NCBI GenBank assembly: GCA_963809485.1
Contig: CAWEJX010000009.1
Location: forward strand, 64,001-128,000
Source: an uncultured Acidobacteriota bacterium
GTDB taxonomy: Bacteria > Acidobacteriota > UBA6911
DNA length: 64,000 bases
Reading direction: 5' to 3'
Below the pieces are notes generated by a model. That model worked only from the letters and a program-made list of their open reading frames with translations, searched no databases and was not told the DNA's origin. A program made the position numbers and the translations under genes. This document shows positions 59,916-64,000 of the stretch, piece by piece (position 1 is the first letter of the stretch; each line of letters begins with the position of its first letter).

Positions 59916-61574
59916 ATGGTGCACCGCTTTCAACCATTCCCCTCCGCAATTATTTGCATTTTCATGCTCCTTAATATGTGCAGCGTGGCGCCAGCATCCG
60001 ACGTCACGCTTGCATGGGATCCAAGCCCTTCGGGAAGTGTCGCCGGCTATAGGCTTTATATGGGAAACACTTCAGGGGTTTACCAAACATCCATCCTCGT
60101 GGGGAGCCAGACCTGGTACAAGCTGACGGGTCTGTCATCTGATCCATATTACTTCGTTGTGACCGCGATCGATGCCTATGGAAATGAAAGCAGCTTTTCC
60201 AACGAAGTATCCATTAACGCCACCCCGGCCAAGACCTCGCCAAGCGTGTTCCTGCTGCCGCGCTTTCAAGCCGGACCGCATTCTTTCCTGCCCGACGAAG
60301 AAACCCGGACTGGAATTGCCATAACGAATACGGGCCTGGGGTCCGCCGACCTCACCTTCACGGCACTGGATTCCGGGGGAAACGCCCTGGCAGGTCCCGA
60401 CATTGTCAATCCGGCAACCCTCCAGATTTATGGCGGCCATCAGCTCGCAAGACTTGATACGGAGATCTTTGGAACAGGCATTTTGCAGTCCGACCCGAAC
60501 AGCTGGATCCGGGTGGAAAGCTCCAACCCCGGCATCAGCGGTTTCTACCTCATGCTCAACGATGATGTCACTCTAATGGACGGATCCTATTTTTCCAGCG
60601 CACCCCTGGCGGACTTTGTCCTGACCGACATAGAGGACTCGGGCAGCACACGGATAAGCGTTGCCAATGATAATTCTGTGGCCGCCCGGGTTGATTTCGA
60701 ACTGGTCACAGCCGGCGGATCCGTGTTGAAATCCGTAGTCCGCGACGTAAACGCTCACGGATCGATGGCTGCGGATCTGTTCGGCGATCTATTCACGGGA
60801 GCCGCTCCTGATCCCACGAACTACGTCCGTGCATACTCCAATCCGGCCGTCCATGCGTCTGAACTGATGCTGCAGGAAACCGACTCGATCGCGGTCCTTG
60901 CGGGTCAGCAGGCGGGCGCCGGCAGTCCGGTGCTTTTCTCGCCCCAGTATGTCGCCGATGAAACCTACCGGACGAGCCTTTCCATTATCAATCTGGACTC
61001 TAGAGCCGGGAGCATCCGACTCCGGCTCAGGGGGGACGATGGATCCCAGATCGGGACAGTCCAAACGGCTGCGCTGGCGCCGAACGGGAAGCTTTACATT
61101 GAGGATCAGGGATTTTTTCAGGCGGCGCAATCCTCAGGCGGATATGTGGAGATTGCCAGCGACGGCATTAAACTAACGGGGAGCGTCCTGTTCGGCGATA
61201 TCCATCGCCGTGCTTTTTTATCGGCGCTTCCGCTCGTATCAAGCCTGCAAACATCAGCGGTTTTCAGCCACGTGGCTTCAAACGATCTGTATTTCACGGG
61301 TATAGCCATTGTCAATCCGAACGCAACAGAGGCGAGCGTGGAACTGCAGGTTTATTCTGACGAAGGCAACCGGATCGATTCAACCCGGATTCGCATCCCG
61401 GCCGGCCAGCGGCGATGCCGTTTGCTGACGGAATTCCTGCCCGCAATGGCCGGGATCAGCCGGTTGAAAGGATACATCAGGCTGAATTCCGATATTCCGG
61501 TCGCTTCTTTCTGCCTGTTCGGCACCCATGACCTGTCTATGTTGTCCGCCATACCGGGGCAGGCTCCGCCTTAG
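59916..61574 (+). CDS. secreted fibronectin type III domain protein with repeated beta-sandwich modules
   Basis: Signal peptide, FN3 (VTLAWDPS..VAGYRLY.G...YYFVVTA.D..GNES.FSNEV) and repeated TGIAI.N modules. Confidence 0.82.
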   Translation: MVHRFQPFPSAIICIFMLLNMCSVAPASDVTLAWDPSPSGSVAGYRLYMGNTSGVYQTSILVGSQTWYKLTGLSSDPYYFVVTAIDAYGNESSFSNEVSINATPAKTSPSVFLLPRFQAGPHSFLPDEETRTGIAITNTGLGSADLTFTALDSGGNALAGPDIVNPATLQIYGGHQLARLDTEIFGTGILQSDPNSWIRVESSNPGISGFYLMLNDDVTLMDGSYFSSAPLADFVLTDIEDSGSTRISVANDNSVAARVDFELVTAGGSVLKSVVRDVNAHGSMAADLFGDLFTGAAPDPTNYVRAYSNPAVHASELMLQETDSIAVLAGQQAGAGSPVLFSPQYVADETYRTSLSIINLDSRAGSIRLRLRGDDGSQIGTVQTAALAPNGKLYIEDQGFFQAAQSSGGYVEIASDGIKLTGSVLFGDIHRRAFLSALPLVSSLQTSAVFSHVASNDLYFTGIAIVNPNATEASVELQVYSDEGNRIDSTRIRIPAGQRRCRLLTEFLPAMAGISRLKGYIRLNSDIPVASFCLFGTHDLSMLSAIPGQAPP

Positions 61575-61790
61575 GCGGAAAAAGCACTGGCTGTAAGGGG
61601 ACAGCCTGATCGCGCAATTCCTGAAGGCAGGCTTCAAAAGGGATTCCGGTATTGAGTTCGCGGCAGGAAATCACAGGGATTTTGTTGAAAAGGCACACCG
61701 GGCAACGCTTTTGATATGAAGAACCGGACCACATTTTTTTCGGGAAGCTATGTCCTGGTTTCCCTGATTTAGGAGCGGGGCTTAGAAAGC

Positions 61791-62348
61791 ATGGGAATAT
61801 GTCCGGCATCGACAAGCAGCTTTGCAAAGAAAATCAAACTTTTTTCCGGGCCCAGCACGCGGCGATGGCCCCGCTTCAATATTGACAGCCTTCCCGCATT
61901 GAACAGCATTTGTTCCGGTTCCGGGTCGGAGATGCAGATCAGCAATGTTTCCCGTGGAGGCGCGCTGCTGAAAACCAGGGAACGCCTTATGCCCGGCGCA
62001 AAAATTCAATTTCGATTTTTTGTCTCCGGAGATGAAATTCGGCTTGCCGGCTTCGTGCTCCGCTCTGCCCTGGCCGTTCCCAGAACCCTGCCGCGATACC
62101 AGACCGCAGTGGTTTTCGATCGCCCCTTTCATATCCCCGAGGGCCGGCCCGCTGCAAGGACCTGTGCTGCGCAAACGGTATGGATCGAACCTTCTTCGCC
62201 TGCCGCGATTTCCCCGGTTATCGCCGATCCGGCATCCATATCTTCCGAGGAACAGGCGGCTGCTTTGAGCCTGACGATCCTCTCCTATAGTATCTGTAAT
62301 ACACCGTCTCGGGTGTTATACGAGATGCTCAGTAGAAACAGCTGGTAA
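61791..62348 (+). CDS. PilZ-domain protein
   Basis: RRWPR (RxxxR) and NVSRGG ([D/N]xSxxG) c-di-GMP-binding motifs. Start uncertain. Confidence 0.6.
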   Translation: MGICPASTSSFAKKIKLFSGPSTRRWPRFNIDSLPALNSICSGSGSEMQISNVSRGGALLKTRERLMPGAKIQFRFFVSGDEIRLAGFVLRSALAVPRTLPRYQTAVVFDRPFHIPEGRPAARTCAAQTVWIEPSSPAAISPVIADPASISSEEQAAALSLTILSYSICNTPSRVLYEMLSRNSW

Positions 62349-62541
62349 CTCGCAGCCGTCTCCCGGCCGGGACGGAATCCTCGATTCGATCCCGCCTTCA
62401 TCCGGACCATTCTCCCGCAAACTGCATCTTCGATCCCATTTCACGCCGCAACGCCGCCAGCGGTGGCGGATAGATATTTCAGGCAATCCCGAACAGAGCC
62501 GGACTGTTTTTTTGTTTCAGCATCCTGCGTCGACATTTTTC

Positions 62542-62608
62542 TTGACAAGGCATTTGCGGGGACTAGAATAGTCTCATTAAGGTTATTATAGTCTCTTATA
62601 GGAGACTA
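62542..62608 (+). promoter_or_regulatory. sigma70 promoter with downstream palindromic operator
   Basis: TTGACA, 16 nt, TAGAAT; TAGTCTC-TTATAG-GAGACTA at 62589-62608, plus an extra TAGTCTC half-site at 62569. Confidence 0.5.
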
Positions 62609-63038
62609 ATACTTGTTTTCGGATAAACGACATCGCGGGGTTCGCAGGCACGGCGGGGGCCCGAGAAAGGGCTCCTCGGGAGGACAGGCCGGTATTGGGA
62701 GCAGTCCGTCACTTCCTTCGAAAGACACGCAATGAACCGGTGAATCATCGGGATCAACGGCGGACGATCCACCCGTCCCGAATCCGGCGGCAGAAAGGAT
62801 GCATCCCGGCACCATGGTTGAAGCTTTTCCCTGCCCGGGCATTCAAGAGCAGCACCCCTGCCGGAATTTTTATCCGGTCATCCGCCGGGTTCCATGCGCG
62901 AAGCCATGGGGCGCGGATGCAGCCGTACCCGTTTCGGATGGGCAGAGCTCAGAGAGCCATTTGCATGACGCCGGGCGCCGCAATCCCGACCTTTGTTTAC
63001 CGAAAGCAGAGCCAATGATTTGAAAGGAGCGGTGCACT

Positions 63039-64000
63039 ATGGGAAGGATCTATCGATATATCGGATGCGCCGTGCTGCTCGCGCTTCTGACCCTTGTTTC
63101 CTCATCCCTGCCGGCCGGGCAGGCGGGCGGAGGAAGCCAAGGCGCAGAAAGCAAGTACGGGAAATACCTCTTCTACGATGCTGCACCGTTTCAGATTCCT
63201 CCCGAGATGGCGGCAAAAATGAAGGAAGCCCAAAAGAAAGAACCCTCCACCGTCGAGGCAACCCGCCTGATAAACATCGACGGCACGAGGATGCAGGGCG
63301 CCCCTTACATGGATTTTGTATGGCTGTGGAAAGGTTCTTCCCAGGGTTATGTCGAGGAGGAGCATATCCACAATTTCGACGAGTTCATCGGGTTCATAGG
63401 CACGCGGGGCCAGCAGGATCCCCACGGCCTGGGCGGCGAAATGGAGGTCTGGCTGGGCGGCGAAAAATACCTGATCACCAAAAACTGCCTCATCTATGTG
63501 CCCAAGGGCGTCAGGCATTGCCCCATCCGATTCAACCGGATCGACACCCCCTTACTCTTCTTTACCGGATCTTTCAGCAGCCAGGAGGCCAAGTACACCC
63601 GCACGCCGACTCAGTTCAGCGATGCCAAGGCTTCGGAGCGGAATTACGCCAAGTACATCTCCTATGGCGTCAATCCCAAAAAAGCTCCTCCCAAGGATGA
63701 TTCCCCTGAGGCCAAAAAGAAATTCGCCGAAATGCGCGCGAAAAGCGGCTCAACCATAGAGTCCACCCGCATCCTGGATCTCGACCTGGTAGAGGGGGCT
63801 CCCTATATAGATTTTGTGTGGATGTACAAAGGGTATGAGAAACAGGTCACCCACCCGGAGCATGCCCATGACTGGGGCGAAATTTTCGGTTACATCGGTT
63901 CCGTCGGCCAGCAGGACCCGCACAGCATGGGCGGAGAGGTTGAATTCTGGATCGATGGAGAAAAGCACGTCCTGAACAAAAGCTGCCTGGCATGGATTCC
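63039..64000 (+). CDS. secreted tandem cupin-like protein (3' truncated by window end)
   Basis: Manual translation from ATG 63039 (AAGGAG RBS) gives a signal peptide, then two repeats: EEHIHNFDEFIGFIG...DPHGLGGEMEVWLGGEKY...YVPKGVRHCP and PEHAHDWGEIFGYIG...DPHSMGGEVEFWIDGEKH. Not in the ORF track. Confidence 0.75.
   Translation, partial: MGRIYRYIGCAVLLALLTLVSSSLPAGQAGGGSQGAESKYGKYLFYDAAPFQIPPEMAAKMKEAQKKEPSTVEATRLINIDGTRMQGAPYMDFVWLWKGSSQGYVEEEHIHNFDEFIGFIGTRGQQDPHGLGGEMEVWLGGEKYLITKNCLIYVPKGVRHCPIRFNRIDTPLLFFTGSFSSQEAKYTRTPTQFSDAKASERNYAKYISYGVNPKKAPPKDDSPEAKKKFAEMRAKSGSTIESTRILDLDLVEGAPYIDFVWMYKGYEKQVTHPEHAHDWGEIFGYIGSVGQQDPHSMGGEVEFWIDGEKHVLNKSCLAWI

Overview
This is a GC-rich (about 58-60% by eye) chromosomal window from an anaerobic bacterium. 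The gene repertoire suggests Acidobacteriota (inference). No rRNA, tRNA or CRISPR array was seen. Main blocks: (1) 1-11.7 kb, an IclR-controlled catabolic island: GlcF-like Fe-S protein, Ldh_2 dehydrogenase, Zn-dehydrogenase, LarA-family racemase/epimerase, cupin, U32-like TIM barrel, IolN-like hydrolase, aldehyde:ferredoxin oxidoreductase plus MoaD, and a frameshifted CoA-transferase, with a shared operator visible at four promoters. (2) FtsH, transglutaminase, an FhlA-type sigma54 activator with its own enhancer and promoter, and a CocE-family hydrolase. (3) An unusual four-gene operon (23.3-29.1 kb) in which two UPF0261/Tm-1-like ATP-binding proteins flank a biotin-dependent carboxylase whose carboxyltransferase active site is altered. 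(4) An orphan divergent EF-G, split MetH-like modules, REC-PAS-GGDEF-EAL, GH43/SDR/transketolase, a UroD-like methyltransferase and a short-type topoisomerase IV. (5) Five co-oriented copies of a ~400-bp non-coding element with IS200/IS605-like terminal hairpins and two nested perfect 26-bp inverted repeats; two copies bracket a Uma2 nuclease gene. Several +1 frameshifts look like sequencing errors. All calls come from reading motifs by eye; no searches were run.
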